From contig DASYZL010000022.1 in the NCBI GenBank assembly GCA_035946335.1, forward strand, positions 401-64,400: a stretch of DNA of 64,000 bases, written 5' to 3'. The notes below the pieces were generated by a model, which was given only the letters and a program-made list of their open reading frames with translations, searched no databases and was not told the origin of the DNA. Source of the DNA: Patescibacteria group bacterium. Its GTDB lineage: Bacteria; Patescibacteriota; Microgenomatia; Levybacterales; UBA12049. The position numbers were made by a program, and so were the translations under genes. This document shows positions 22,420-32,775 of the stretch, one piece after another. The first letter of the stretch is position 1. Each line of letters begins with the position of its first letter.

Positions 22420-22480
22420 ACATGTAGTGGTACAATCCATACTAGTGCACTATATATCCCCTGTCAATAGACAAAAACTA
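22420..22480. promoter_or_regulatory. Possible NrdR-box-like palindromic sites upstream of nrdR
   Basis: CTACATGTAGTGGTACA and AGTGCACTATATAT resemble NrdR boxes (ACACtATATaTaGTGT-like). Confidence 0.25.
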
Positions 22481-22575
22481 CATCAGAGACTATCACCTTC
22501 TCTTTTAGCTTCGTTTTTGTTTGTAAGAAAACGGAGAGAAATTATTGAGGAGAAAAAGAGTTCACTTCTTTTTCT

Positions 22576-23130
22576 TTACGCTTTCTTGAGAGCATCCAAT
22601 TGTTTGACAAATCCGTCAACCCTCTCTTCTTGTTGCTCAACAGCATGCTGAAATGATTTGTCTCTGGCGTGTGCAAAACCGGTAAGTATTTGTTCGTGTT
22701 TTGCAGCTGCCGTTGTCATTGTGCCAAGAAACCCGTTAATATCTTCTCCCTGTTTTTTTGCAATTGTCGCGTTTTCTATTGCATAGAAAAAATAATTCTC
22801 TGCTTTGGAAATAGTGTCAAGTGCAAGTTGCTCTTTTTGCGCTGTTCCCTGGAGCAAATACATGCTTGCGCTTAAGCGCTTGTCAGCTTGCAGTAAATCA
22901 AATGTTGCCTGTTGCTGTGGATCCGTAATAAAAATACTGACGAGTCTATCGCGTAATACTTTTAAGCCGTACAATGGATTATCAGGCAGAAGTCCTGGGT
23001 ATGGTAACGGATAGGTAATGACTTGTGGCGCAGGAGGAAGAGAGGGTGTAACTGTCAAAGGAATTTCTTGTGCACTTACCGGATAGGTAACCCAAAAAAA
23101 GAGGAGAATGAGAAGAAAGAGTTTTTTCAT
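22576..23130 (-). CDS. Secreted hypothetical protein
   Basis: Signal peptide MKKLFLLILLFFWVTYPVSAQE followed by a Pro-rich segment. Confidence 0.5.
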   Translation of the reverse strand: MKKLFLLILLFFWVTYPVSAQEIPLTVTPSLPPAPQVITYPLPYPGLLPDNPLYGLKVLRDRLVSIFITDPQQQATFDLLQADKRLSASMYLLQGTAQKEQLALDTISKAENYFFYAIENATIAKKQGEDINGFLGTMTTAAAKHEQILTGFAHARDKSFQHAVEQQEERVDGFVKQLDALKKA

Positions 23131-23198
23131 ACCCTGCCTATATAGAGTATAGCATAGGTAATTTTTTATTCCAAGAAAGCAAAGTAAAACTATGAGGT

Positions 23199-23801
23199 TT
23201 AGCTGACTGTGTTTTTAAAGCCAATTGCTGATAAAGCAGTATGGAGTGTTTGATCTTGATCATGCGAATATGTGTTAATAATCAAATCATAATATCGCTC
23301 GTCCCAGTAAACCCATCGGGTGTTATTGTTTGCATATAGCCGTTGCCATTTCTCTAAATCATTCTTCTCCCGCTCGAGTACTTCTTCCTTCGCTTCTTCG
23401 ATAGAAATGTGTTCCCTGTTGACTAACCTATCGATACGGATATTTGTCTGATCAACTCCATGCATATCCTGACATACAACAAGAATCTTAAAAATACCCT
23501 CAAGTCCCTGCGCATTAAACCCGGCGAGTTTTGTTTCAACAATAAGATGTGATTGTGTCTTTAAAATATTTTTCAGTGATTCATCAAAATCCCTGTCCTC
23601 CTCATCAGGACGCTTATTGGTATCTTTTTCGCTAAGGTGCATTTTTCGTCGTACCGCTTCCCAGAAGATTTCTCCCCCTTCAATATGTCGCCATCCCAAC
23701 GTCGCTGCGAGATGGTGGGCAAGTGTTGTGGAACCGGATGCTATTCGCCCTGATACCGTAATAAGCCGCATGCGTGATAAATCAACGGGACGATGTGTCA
23801 T
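23199..23801 (-). CDS. Cytidylate kinase-like P-loop kinase
   Basis: P-loop ITVSGRIASGSTTLA; 200 aa; overlaps the gap gene upstream by 4 bp. Confidence 0.55.
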   Translation of the reverse strand: MTHRPVDLSRMRLITVSGRIASGSTTLAHHLAATLGWRHIEGGEIFWEAVRRKMHLSEKDTNKRPDEEDRDFDESLKNILKTQSHLIVETKLAGFNAQGLEGIFKILVVCQDMHGVDQTNIRIDRLVNREHISIEEAKEEVLEREKNDLEKWQRLYANNNTRWVYWDERYYDLIINTYSHDQDQTLHTALSAIGFKNTVS

Positions 23802-24841
23802 GACAGTTGTTCTCCTATAAGGATTGCCTCTTCCACCAGACGGTTAGAATATCCCCATTCGTTATCATACCAGGCAACTACTTTTACCATATTACCAGCA
23901 ACGACTTGTGTTAAAGATAAATCCACAATTGCCGAATGAGAATTTCCGATAATATCTGAGGAAACGAGAGGGTCATGAGTTACAGAAAGAATATGTTTAT
24001 TTGCATGGTGGCTTGCTGCCTTTATTAAGGCATCATTTACCTCGTCAAGGGTAACAGTTCTTTTTACTAGAAACGTAAAATCAGATAATGACCCTACTGA
24101 AACGGGCACTCTCAAGGAAAGGCCAGCAAATTTATCTTGCAATGGTTTATATGCCTGAGAGGCAGCAATGGTCGCACCAGTTGATGTCGGCACGATATTA
24201 TGTGCTGCCGCACGAGCCCGGCGGTAATCCTTGTGTCCACCATCCTGCAACTGCTGATCTGAAGTATATGCATGAATGGTTGTCATCATTGCTTTTTCAA
24301 TCCCGAATGCTTCATCGATCACTTTGGCCACTGGCGTAATGGAGTTAGTCGTACATGATGCATTACTGACAATTTGTTCATGCTTGTAGGCTTTTTCATT
24401 GACTGACAAAACAAATGTCGGCGTATCATCTTTTGCTGGCGCAGACATAACCACTGCTCTAGCCCCTGCTATAATATGCGCCATTGCTTTTTCTTTTGTG
24501 AGGAAATGTCCCGTAGCTTCAATCACCACATCAATGCCAATCTGACCCCACGGCAACAATGTTGCGTCTTTTTGAGAATAGACGGGGATCGTTTTCCCGT
24601 CAACAATGAGTTCTCCTAAAAAATCCGGCTTTGTCGTATCAATACTTGGTTTTACAGAAAGTTGATGATTAAGCATGCCATAGTTACTGTCAAATTGCAG
24701 CAGATACATCCATCCTTTTAAATCTGTTGAAGCACCAGCATTAATTGCAACGATGTCAGCATCTTTCTGATGCGCAGCTAAAATAACCCGGTGTGCAACT
24801 CTGCCGATTCGTCCATAACCGTTAATTGCAACACGTACCAT
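23798..24841 (-). CDS. gap: Glyceraldehyde-3-phosphate dehydrogenase
   Basis: NAD-binding VAINGYGRIGR and catalytic ASCTTNS; 347 aa. Confidence 0.9.
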   Translation of the reverse strand: MVRVAINGYGRIGRVAHRVILAAHQKDADIVAINAGASTDLKGWMYLLQFDSNYGMLNHQLSVKPSIDTTKPDFLGELIVDGKTIPVYSQKDATLLPWGQIGIDVVIEATGHFLTKEKAMAHIIAGARAVVMSAPAKDDTPTFVLSVNEKAYKHEQIVSNASCTTNSITPVAKVIDEAFGIEKAMMTTIHAYTSDQQLQDGGHKDYRRARAAAHNIVPTSTGATIAASQAYKPLQDKFAGLSLRVPVSVGSLSDFTFLVKRTVTLDEVNDALIKAASHHANKHILSVTHDPLVSSDIIGNSHSAIVDLSLTQVVAGNMVKVVAWYDNEWGYSNRLVEEAILIGEQLS

Positions 24842-24914
24842 TTACTATGAGTATAGAAGAGAAAAACTCCCTGAGCAAGAGGAAAAGTAGCATGACTTTT
24901 GCTACAATGCATCC

Positions 24915-26156
24915 ATGCAACGATTTGAACGCAATATCAAGCTATTTTATGTCTTCAATTTTTTTATCGGCTTACTTTTTAGTATACCTATTTGGGTTGC
25001 TTTTGAACACCGAATTCTTACCTTTGGGCAAATGGCTTTGTTTAGCGCAATCAGTACTGCCATTGAAACCTTTTTACAGATTCCAACCGGCGCAATTGCA
25101 GATATGATGGGAAGAAAATCAGCGCTTATTATTGGCTGGATGACACTCGCTGTTTTGTATCTTTTTGAAGCGTACGCTAAAACACCATTACAGTTTTTCC
25201 TCATATTTGCATTTGCTGGTGCGGCAACATCATTAAGTAGCGGAGCTGATGTTGCACTGGTATATGACTCATTACAAGCTATGAAAAAAGAAGGCATGTT
25301 TTCTTTGGTTGTTGCAAAGGCAAAATTTTGGTATCGCATCTCGATGGCTGCAGCAACCCTTATCGGCGGCTATTTGTTTCTGACAAATATCAGCTTTCCC
25401 TACGTTGGACAAGCCATTGCATTTCTTATTGGAATAATCCTTCTTTTTCTCATGTATGAACCTACGGTTTCAATAAAACGTTCAATAAGTATAACAATGT
25501 ATATACGTCATATGCACCAAGGCTTTACTGAACTTTTTAAAAACAGCTACATGGTAAAACTCACGATTTTTTATTCGCTGATTGGCGCTATTACATGGTC
25601 ATGTCTCAATTATTATAATTTGACATTTATGAGTGATATCGGTTTCTCTACGAAGGAATTAGCTGTCTTTTTTGCACTTGCCTATATTATCAGTGCGTTT
25701 GTCATTTACTTTCTTGCAAAGCTACCTATTACACTAACAAGAGAACATATTTATCTCGGATTTCCACTTCTGATGAGCCTTTCGCTGCTGCCGGGAGTTT
25801 TCGCTAATCATGTCATTGCGCCTCTTATGCTTATTGTTACACAAATAACCGGCGGCGCACGATTCACTCTCTTAGATAGATATGCCAATCAGGAATTTTC
25901 TTCCCGGTACCGGGCAACGGCAAACTCTGCTCTCAATATGCTGGTAAGCATATGCTATATTGTGTTAGTAACGCTTGGTGGACAATTTCAAGACACATAC
26001 GGAACAAAGATTATTTATACTATGCTTGGTGTTTTAACTGTCCTTTTCGTTTTGCCAAGCAGCATTACTCTTCTCATATCTCACAGAAAAGGTCTATCGC
26101 AAATGATTGCTGTGAAAACAGCTATAGTTGAGGAAAACGAGCAAAAAGAAATTTAG
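24915..26156 (+). CDS. MFS-type transporter
   Basis: 413 aa with about 12 predicted TM helices and MFS-like loop motifs. Confidence 0.7.
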   Translation: MQRFERNIKLFYVFNFFIGLLFSIPIWVAFEHRILTFGQMALFSAISTAIETFLQIPTGAIADMMGRKSALIIGWMTLAVLYLFEAYAKTPLQFFLIFAFAGAATSLSSGADVALVYDSLQAMKKEGMFSLVVAKAKFWYRISMAAATLIGGYLFLTNISFPYVGQAIAFLIGIILLFLMYEPTVSIKRSISITMYIRHMHQGFTELFKNSYMVKLTIFYSLIGAITWSCLNYYNLTFMSDIGFSTKELAVFFALAYIISAFVIYFLAKLPITLTREHIYLGFPLLMSLSLLPGVFANHVIAPLMLIVTQITGGARFTLLDRYANQEFSSRYRATANSALNMLVSICYIVLVTLGGQFQDTYGTKIIYTMLGVLTVLFVLPSSITLLISHRKGLSQMIAVKTAIVEENEQKEI

Positions 26157-27160
26157 TCGGTAAACTCCTGCACAAACATTTCTCCGTAAATTCCCGCATT
26201 AATGACCCCAATGCCAACCCGGCGAAAATTTGCTGAGAGAATATTGGCCCGATGCCCAGGACTATTCATGAGGCCTTGCATTGCAAGATCGGTGTTAGCA
26301 GAAAATGCAAGATTTTCTCCTGCATATTGAAAAATAATATCGCGCTGGCTCATCCGGTCGAACGGCGACAACCCGTCTGGCGTATAGTGAGAAAAGTATC
26401 CATGAGACAATAAATATTGTCCATAGTATTCAGCAAGCTGCTTAAGTTTTTGATCGACAACAAGCGTTTGTTCTCCACGTTTTACCCGTTCACCGTTAAT
26501 CATTATCAGCATTTGTTCTTCGGCCGATCCGTCAACCTCACCATTACTCACGGTAAAACCTAGAGATATACTCGTGTTTGCTTGCGGTTCAACTGTTAAG
26601 AAATTAATGGTATCATTTGCTGCCCCACCGAAAATTGTAGCTAATTCTCTCTCGACAACTTGCGAACGATCAACAAGAAATGAACCTATCTGCGATGATG
26701 CAATTGCATTTTTGAGAAACGGTGAAACCGGTAAAGCAGTGATGACAGTAAGTAAAAACATCAACAAAATGATACCGGAAAGCACACCAGGAAATATACC
26801 TAAAAAATTGCTCAACCAAGAAGAAATGAATTGATTTTCAATCATTTCTCTGTTAACCTTTTTTACAAAATTCTTGAGGAGCACATGGCACATAAGCTCA
26901 ACGATAACTGCAACGATAAAAAACGCGGCGGCATTTGCATATCCCTTAGACATATGGAGATACCTCATAAGATATGGGACAATAAAAGCATATCCCTTAA
27001 GTCCTGCAAGAAATGAGATAACAAATTTTACAAAATCAAATAACGCATAGACAACACCAAATCCATATCCTTCGACCGCGTACAAAGCGAGTACGGTAAG
27101 AATAACAGCATCAATCCAGGTTAAATGTATTTGTTGTTGCATTAGAAGAACCGCTTGCAT
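26153..27160 (-). CDS. Membrane protein: CvpA-like N-terminal TM domain fused to a C-terminal CAP/SCP (YkwD-like) domain
   Basis: N-terminus has about 4 TM helices (CvpA-like); C-terminus HYTPDGLSPFDRM...GHRANILSANFRRVGIGV is a CAP/PR-1 signature. Confidence 0.6.
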   Translation of the reverse strand: MQAVLLMQQQIHLTWIDAVILTVLALYAVEGYGFGVVYALFDFVKFVISFLAGLKGYAFIVPYLMRYLHMSKGYANAAAFFIVAVIVELMCHVLLKNFVKKVNREMIENQFISSWLSNFLGIFPGVLSGIILLMFLLTVITALPVSPFLKNAIASSQIGSFLVDRSQVVERELATIFGGAANDTINFLTVEPQANTSISLGFTVSNGEVDGSAEEQMLIMINGERVKRGEQTLVVDQKLKQLAEYYGQYLLSHGYFSHYTPDGLSPFDRMSQRDIIFQYAGENLAFSANTDLAMQGLMNSPGHRANILSANFRRVGIGVINAGIYGEMFVQEFTD

Positions 27161-29377
27161 AGAACGCCTTTTCTTGTCAGTCTTTTCTTCTCATGGTATG
27201 ATGAACGAGTGAAAAAAACAAGCAAGAATGTGTTCCAGCGGCTTGGCGTCAAATATATTAAAGTATTTATTCCCCTTGTCATTCTTGCTTTTCTTTTTTA
27301 TTTTTTTGTTCTGCGCGACTTACCTTCACCAACTCGTCTTGCAAATCCTAATTTACCACAATCAACGCAAATTTATGACAGAAACGGTACTCTGTTGTAT
27401 ACAGTATATGGAAGTAAAAATCAAACCTTTCTCCCCCTGTCAGTCATTCCGGCAAATGTACAGGATGCAACCATCGCCATTGAAGATAAAGATTTTTATC
27501 ATCACGGACCAATTGACTTTCGTGGCATCGCTCGAGCCCTCTACGTTATTCTGTTTCATAAAGAAATTCAAGGTGGTTCAACAATTACTCAGCAGCTGGT
27601 AAAGAATACTCTTCTTTCCCCCGAGCAAACCGTCACCCGAAAAATCCGGGAGATCATTCTTTCTTTTGCAACGGAACTCCTCTATTCCAAACAGAAAATT
27701 CTCGAACTCTATCTTAATCAAATTCCCTATGGAGGTACTGCCTACGGTATCGAAGCAGCATCCGAAACATACTTCGGTAAACATGCCAAAGATCTGGACC
27801 TTGCGCAAAGCGCACTTCTCGCAGGACTTCCTGAAGCACCAAGTGTATATTCACCGTTTGGTTCGCATCCTGAATTTGCAAAACAGAGGCAGATGGAAGT
27901 GCTGAACGCAATGCAACAACAGGGATACATTACGAAAGCGCAGAAAGAAGGTGCCGTGATAGAACCACTCGTATATACAAAAGTCAGCAGCAGTATCCGT
28001 GCACCGCATTTTGTATTGTATATAAAAGATTTACTGATTAAGCAATTTGGCGAGCAACTGGTTGAACAAGGTGGACTTAAGGTAATTACCAGTCTTGATT
28101 TGCCTGTGCAAAATATGGTTCAGGCCTCTGTTGCTGGAGAAGTTGCGCAACTGGGTGCTTATCATGTTACCAACGGCGCAGCGGTTGTTACTGATCCGGC
28201 AACAGGAGAAATTCTCGCAATGGTTGGCAGTAAGGATTATTTTGCAACTGACATTGATGGGAATGTAAATGTAGCGCTTGCACTACGACAACCAGGTTCT
28301 TCAATAAAACCCGTCAACTACGTTGACGGGTTATTGCATGGTTATACTGCTGCAACAGCATTTGTTGATCAGGCAATTTGCTTTCCCGATCCACCTGCCA
28401 CTCCATATTGTCCGGTCAACTATGACGGGAAATTCCATGGACTCGTCCAAATGCGCTACGCCCTTGGAAATTCTTTTAATATTCCTGCTGTTGAAATGCT
28501 CAAGGCAAATGGTGTTCAATCAATGCTTGACCTAGCAAGGCAGATGGGCATCAGCTCATGGGGAAACAATGCTGATCACTATGGACTATCCATGACATTA
28601 GGTGGAGCTGATGTAACGATGCTGGATATGGCAACTGTGTATGGCGTTTTTGCTAATGATGGCTATCGGATAGATTTACAACCAATTCTCTCTGTTACTG
28701 ACAGCAACGGAAACATGTTAGAACAATATACTCCTCCGGCAAGTGCACTATTTGGAACGAAGGTTCTCCCGGAAGGATATTCGTTTATTATCTCTGATAT
28801 TCTTGCTGATAATGGTGCGCGTCTTGCTGATTTCGGAGCTACTTCTGCATTATATATCCCCCAGAGGTATGTACCGGTAAAAACCGGAACGACCAATGAT
28901 TTCCGTGACAACTGGACAGATGGTTATACACCAAACTATGTTGTCATTGTGTGGGTTGGCAATAATGATAATTCGCCGATGAGCGGTCTGGCATCCGGGA
29001 TTACCGGTGCAGCACCAATCTGGCATGATATTATGACCCAACTGTTGCAGAAAAATTCTTCAACCGCTATCAAACATCCAACCAATGTAGTATCACGAAA
29101 GGTATGTTCTACTGACGGCCTTCTTCCTCCACCTGACGGAACGCCAAATGCGTGCCCAACCCGCTTTGAGTATTTCATCCAGGGAAAAGAACCAAAGCAA
29201 ACAGAAGCTAGTCTTAACCAAAACATATGGATTGATAAAACAACACAGGATATTGCAAAACCAGGCCAAACAGATAATATTGAAGCAAAATTCGAAACCG
29301 TATATAAAGACCCAGATGGCAATCAGTACTGCCTTACGTGTCCGCATCCAACCTCTGCCCCGACACCGACACCATAA
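27155..29377 (+). CDS. Class A penicillin-binding protein (PBP1A; transglycosylase + transpeptidase)
   Basis: GT51 motifs ATIAIEDKDFY, QGGSTITQQLVKN; transpeptidase SSIKP, SFN, KTGTT. The start is uncertain (ATG 27155 overlaps the divergent gene; GTG 27208 is possible). Confidence 0.85.
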   Translation: MHRTPFLVSLFFSWYDERVKKTSKNVFQRLGVKYIKVFIPLVILAFLFYFFVLRDLPSPTRLANPNLPQSTQIYDRNGTLLYTVYGSKNQTFLPLSVIPANVQDATIAIEDKDFYHHGPIDFRGIARALYVILFHKEIQGGSTITQQLVKNTLLSPEQTVTRKIREIILSFATELLYSKQKILELYLNQIPYGGTAYGIEAASETYFGKHAKDLDLAQSALLAGLPEAPSVYSPFGSHPEFAKQRQMEVLNAMQQQGYITKAQKEGAVIEPLVYTKVSSSIRAPHFVLYIKDLLIKQFGEQLVEQGGLKVITSLDLPVQNMVQASVAGEVAQLGAYHVTNGAAVVTDPATGEILAMVGSKDYFATDIDGNVNVALALRQPGSSIKPVNYVDGLLHGYTAATAFVDQAICFPDPPATPYCPVNYDGKFHGLVQMRYALGNSFNIPAVEMLKANGVQSMLDLARQMGISSWGNNADHYGLSMTLGGADVTMLDMATVYGVFANDGYRIDLQPILSVTDSNGNMLEQYTPPASALFGTKVLPEGYSFIISDILADNGARLADFGATSALYIPQRYVPVKTGTTNDFRDNWTDGYTPNYVVIVWVGNNDNSPMSGLASGITGAAPIWHDIMTQLLQKNSSTAIKHPTNVVSRKVCSTDGLLPPPDGTPNACPTRFEYFIQGKEPKQTEASLNQNIWIDKTTQDIAKPGQTDNIEAKFETVYKDPDGNQYCLTCPHPTSAPTPTP
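28607..28637. repeat. 31-nt exact repeat shared by the two PBP1A genes (partner at 31045..31075)
   Basis: gctgatgtaacgatgctggatatggcaactg occurs in both genes. Further near-identical tracts at about 28917-28975 vs 31340-31400 and 29010-29035 vs 31435-31460. Confidence 0.8.
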
Positions 29378-29436
29378 ACCAAAATGCTTGTGGTTTTTCT
29401 TTGAAGAGTACTTTATACTATTGACGAGTTTTTCCT

Positions 29437-31626
29437 GTGCTAGAGGATATGTATCTTTTCTATCAAACACTGATACTTCTGCTCAATTTTTTATCGTTTG
29501 TTGGCGATATAACTGTTGTTTTTTTCATGCGATTTTTTGTGGCACTTTTTATCTCAATCAAATCTATAAAAGCAAAAATTCGATGGTTTTTTTCGATACT
29601 ACACAAACGTTTTACCAAGAATCATAGTAGAAGGAGGCGAAAGAAAAAAAAGATCGCAAAGTTTTATCTTATAGGACTACGGTTTCATTACTTTGTTGTT
29701 GGTGCTTTTTTTTCATTCCTTTTTCTGTTTATACCGCTGTTGCTTACCGTCACTGCCCAAATGCTTCCTGACATTACGACCTTAAAACTCCAGCAATTTC
29801 CCCAGACAACAAACATCTATGACAGACACCATACTCTTCTCTATCAAATCTATGCAACACAAAACAGAACGCTTATTCACCTCTCAAACGTTCCGTTGAA
29901 TTTGCAGCATGCAACTATTGCCATTGAAGATAAAAATTTCTACAACAACCCTGGTTTTGACATAACCGCAATAGCACGCGCTGCGTTATCAGATATAGAA
30001 GGAAAATCATTGCAAGGAGGTTCTACTATCACGCAGCAACTTATCAAGTCTTCGCTACTTTCCCCGCAGCAAACAGTTACAAGAAAACTGGAAGAAGTTT
30101 TTCTCTCTTTTCTTGCGCAGCAGGTATATACAAAAGATCAAATTCTTGAAATGTATTTTAATCAAGTACCGTATGGAGGCACTGCCTGGGGGATAGAAGC
30201 TGCCTCGCAAACGTATTTTGGTAAGGAGGTTAGGAATTTGGATTTGGCACAGAGTGCGTTTCTAGCCGGCCTCCCACAAGCACCCACATTGTATTCTCCA
30301 TTCGAGAATAACAATAATCTTTGGAAAAAACGCCAGGAAGACGTATTAGCTCATATGCGTTCGTTGAACTACATTACTGCTTTGCAGGAGCAGGAAGCGG
30401 ACAAAGAAACGTTACATTTTATTCAGCCGCGAACGCCGCTGCTTGCTCCGCATTTTGTTATGTATATCCGCTCCTTACTGATTCAAAAATATGGGTTGGC
30501 GTTGGTCGAAAAGGGAGGGTTGAACGTTATCACTTCACTGGACCTACCAACACAAAATATGGCACAACAGGTTGTTGCAGATGAAATTAGCAAAGATGAG
30601 TATCTCCAGCTGACGAATGGAGCTGCGGTAATTACCAATCCGCAAAACGGCGATATTTTGGCAATGGTTGGCAGTAAGGATTACTTTGCTTCAGATATTG
30701 ATGGAGAAGTGAACCTTGCAACTTCGCTTCGTCAGCCAGGTTCTTCGATTAAAATTGTTACCTATGCTGCTGCTCTCTCACGTGGATTCACTCCTGCAAC
30801 AATCCTTGATGACAGCCCGGTCGTTTTTAAAAATCCCTGGGAAACGTATGTGCCGGTTAATTATGACGGAAAATTCCATGGAAGAGTAACCTTACGCACT
30901 GCGTTTGCCAATTCATTTAATATTCCCGCTATTAAAACACTCAATACGATTGGCATTCCAGTCTTTGTGACAACAGGGCGGGCAATGGGTATCAGCCACT
31001 TGCAAGATGCCAGCCAATATGGTCTTTCTGTCACATTAGGGAGCGCTGATGTAACGATGCTGGATATGGCAACTGCATATGGAACGCTTGCAAATTATGG
31101 TAACCACATTGATTTGAATCCGATTATCTCTATTACAGATGCACGGGGAAACATACTTGAACAGAAAAATGATATACAAAAAACGCCGGTCATTTCTGAT
31201 GGCGTTGCGTTCCTCATTAGTAATATTCTTTCAGATAATAATGCGCGGAGTTGGGAATTCGGGACAAACTCGCCATTGTATATTCCGAATCATACCGTCG
31301 CCGTGAAGACTGGAACAACAGATAGTAAGAGGGACAACTGGACAGATGGTTATACGCCAAACTATGTTGTCATTGTGTGGGTTGGGAATAATAATAATGC
31401 ACCAATGAGTCCTGTCCTCGCATCAGGGATAACCGGTGCAGCACCAATCTGGCATGATATCATGATGCAATTGCTACACAGTAGTCCTGACCACCCATTT
31501 CCCATTCCCTCTTCCATTGTCAGCAAACCGTGTTTGGGACATATTGAGTATTTCCTCAAAGGGACAGAAAACAATCCTGCCTGCATAGTGATCTATCCCA
31601 CCTTTACACCGATACCTGCGCACTAG
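29437..31626 (+). CDS. Class A penicillin-binding protein paralogue (PBP1A)
   Basis: ATIAIEDKNFY, QGGSTITQQLIKS, SSIKI, SFN, KTGTT. It lies in tandem with the first PBP and shares several more than 30-nt identical DNA tracts with it; the start could also be Met 29527. Confidence 0.85.
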   Translation: MLEDMYLFYQTLILLLNFLSFVGDITVVFFMRFFVALFISIKSIKAKIRWFFSILHKRFTKNHSRRRRKKKKIAKFYLIGLRFHYFVVGAFFSFLFLFIPLLLTVTAQMLPDITTLKLQQFPQTTNIYDRHHTLLYQIYATQNRTLIHLSNVPLNLQHATIAIEDKNFYNNPGFDITAIARAALSDIEGKSLQGGSTITQQLIKSSLLSPQQTVTRKLEEVFLSFLAQQVYTKDQILEMYFNQVPYGGTAWGIEAASQTYFGKEVRNLDLAQSAFLAGLPQAPTLYSPFENNNNLWKKRQEDVLAHMRSLNYITALQEQEADKETLHFIQPRTPLLAPHFVMYIRSLLIQKYGLALVEKGGLNVITSLDLPTQNMAQQVVADEISKDEYLQLTNGAAVITNPQNGDILAMVGSKDYFASDIDGEVNLATSLRQPGSSIKIVTYAAALSRGFTPATILDDSPVVFKNPWETYVPVNYDGKFHGRVTLRTAFANSFNIPAIKTLNTIGIPVFVTTGRAMGISHLQDASQYGLSVTLGSADVTMLDMATAYGTLANYGNHIDLNPIISITDARGNILEQKNDIQKTPVISDGVAFLISNILSDNNARSWEFGTNSPLYIPNHTVAVKTGTTDSKRDNWTDGYTPNYVVIVWVGNNNNAPMSPVLASGITGAAPIWHDIMMQLLHSSPDHPFPIPSSIVSKPCLGHIEYFLKGTENNPACIVIYPTFTPIPAH

Positions 31627-32275
31627 CTTCCTTTAATAAGTCGTATTGTGCTTGACACGATTGACCTCCGAAAAGAAATCCTGTTGATACAAATCTCGTT
31701 GCGCCTGCCCTTTTTGCAAGAGGTAGGGTTTGTGGCGTTATGCCACCGTCTATTTCTATGGGAAGCAAGGGGTCAAGACGCCGCAATGCTTGCACCTTGG
31801 CAAGCTGCATCTGTTCAAACGTTTGGTGCGAAAACCCTGCTTTCACTGTCATTACTAAGACAACATCAATATCTTCTAGGTAATGTTGAATTGTTTTTAC
31901 CGGCGTTTGTGTATCAATGGCAAGTCCCACCTCCCCAATGTCTTCAACTCGAGCAACAAACTCAGCAATATCGGGCATTTTTTCAACTTGTCCGACAAAC
32001 CGTTTAAAACCAACGTTTGCCCATTTCTCCACAGAGGCAAGTGGATCTTCTACCATCAGGTGAAGTTCAAAAAAAATATCCTGGGCATATAAGGCGAATG
32101 GAGACGGGTCGGAAAATGTTTTGTTGCCTGCAAATATACCATCCAGAAGGTCAATATGCATAATGTGGGCAAAAGGCTTAATGAGCCCTATCTTGCGTTC
32201 AATCTCACTCCATTCTTCCTCAAGGATTCCGGGGATAATTTCCGTATCCAATTTATAACTGTCAAAAATGTTCAT
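31604..32275 (-). CDS. rpe: Ribulose-phosphate 3-epimerase-like
   Basis: HIDLLDGIFAGNKTF, DVVLVMTVKAGFSHQTF and IEIDGGI parallel the Rpe metal and phosphate-binding motifs. Confidence 0.65.
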   Translation of the reverse strand: MNIFDSYKLDTEIIPGILEEEWSEIERKIGLIKPFAHIMHIDLLDGIFAGNKTFSDPSPFALYAQDIFFELHLMVEDPLASVEKWANVGFKRFVGQVEKMPDIAEFVARVEDIGEVGLAIDTQTPVKTIQHYLEDIDVVLVMTVKAGFSHQTFEQMQLAKVQALRRLDPLLPIEIDGGITPQTLPLAKRAGATRFVSTGFLFGGQSCQAQYDLLKEASAQVSV

Positions 32276-32775
32276 ACCTGTTTTTCTATTTTTGCCATTT
32301 CTGAAAGTCGGCGCTTATGTTGCAGTTCTTCTGAGAATGGTGTCACGAGCCACAGAGAAACGGCCTCAAACGCATCTTTTTCGTGTAAGAACCGTGCACC
32401 AAGAGATAAAATATTCGCATTGTTATGCAACCTGCTGAGTTTTACGATTTCAAACGGATCATCGCTTTTGTCCTTTTCTATATCAATAGCTGCTTGAGCG
32501 ATTGCTTTGCCATAAAAAACTGCCGTTCTCACAGAGGGGAACTTATTGGCGACCATAGCTTCGCCTTGTCCAGAACCACCAAGGATGATACCTCGATCAC
32601 TTGAGTTTTGGGAAATGTGCATAGCAACCTTACTGATAAATTCAGGGTAATCGTCAGCATCGTCTTCTCTATATGCGCCTTCATCAATAACATTGTATCC
32701 TTTCTCCAGTAAAAACTCTTTGATTTTTTCTTTTAAAATAAAACCAGCGTGGTCTGCGCCAAGATAAATTTTCAT
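32272..32775 (-). CDS. rpiB: Ribose-5-phosphate isomerase B
   Basis: MKIYLGADHAGFILKEKI...ILGGSGQGEAMVANK is the RpiB/LacAB signature. Confidence 0.85.
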   Translation of the reverse strand: MKIYLGADHAGFILKEKIKEFLLEKGYNVIDEGAYREDDADDYPEFISKVAMHISQNSSDRGIILGGSGQGEAMVANKFPSVRTAVFYGKAIAQAAIDIEKDKSDDPFEIVKLSRLHNNANILSLGARFLHEKDAFEAVSLWLVTPFSEELQHKRRLSEMAKIEKQV

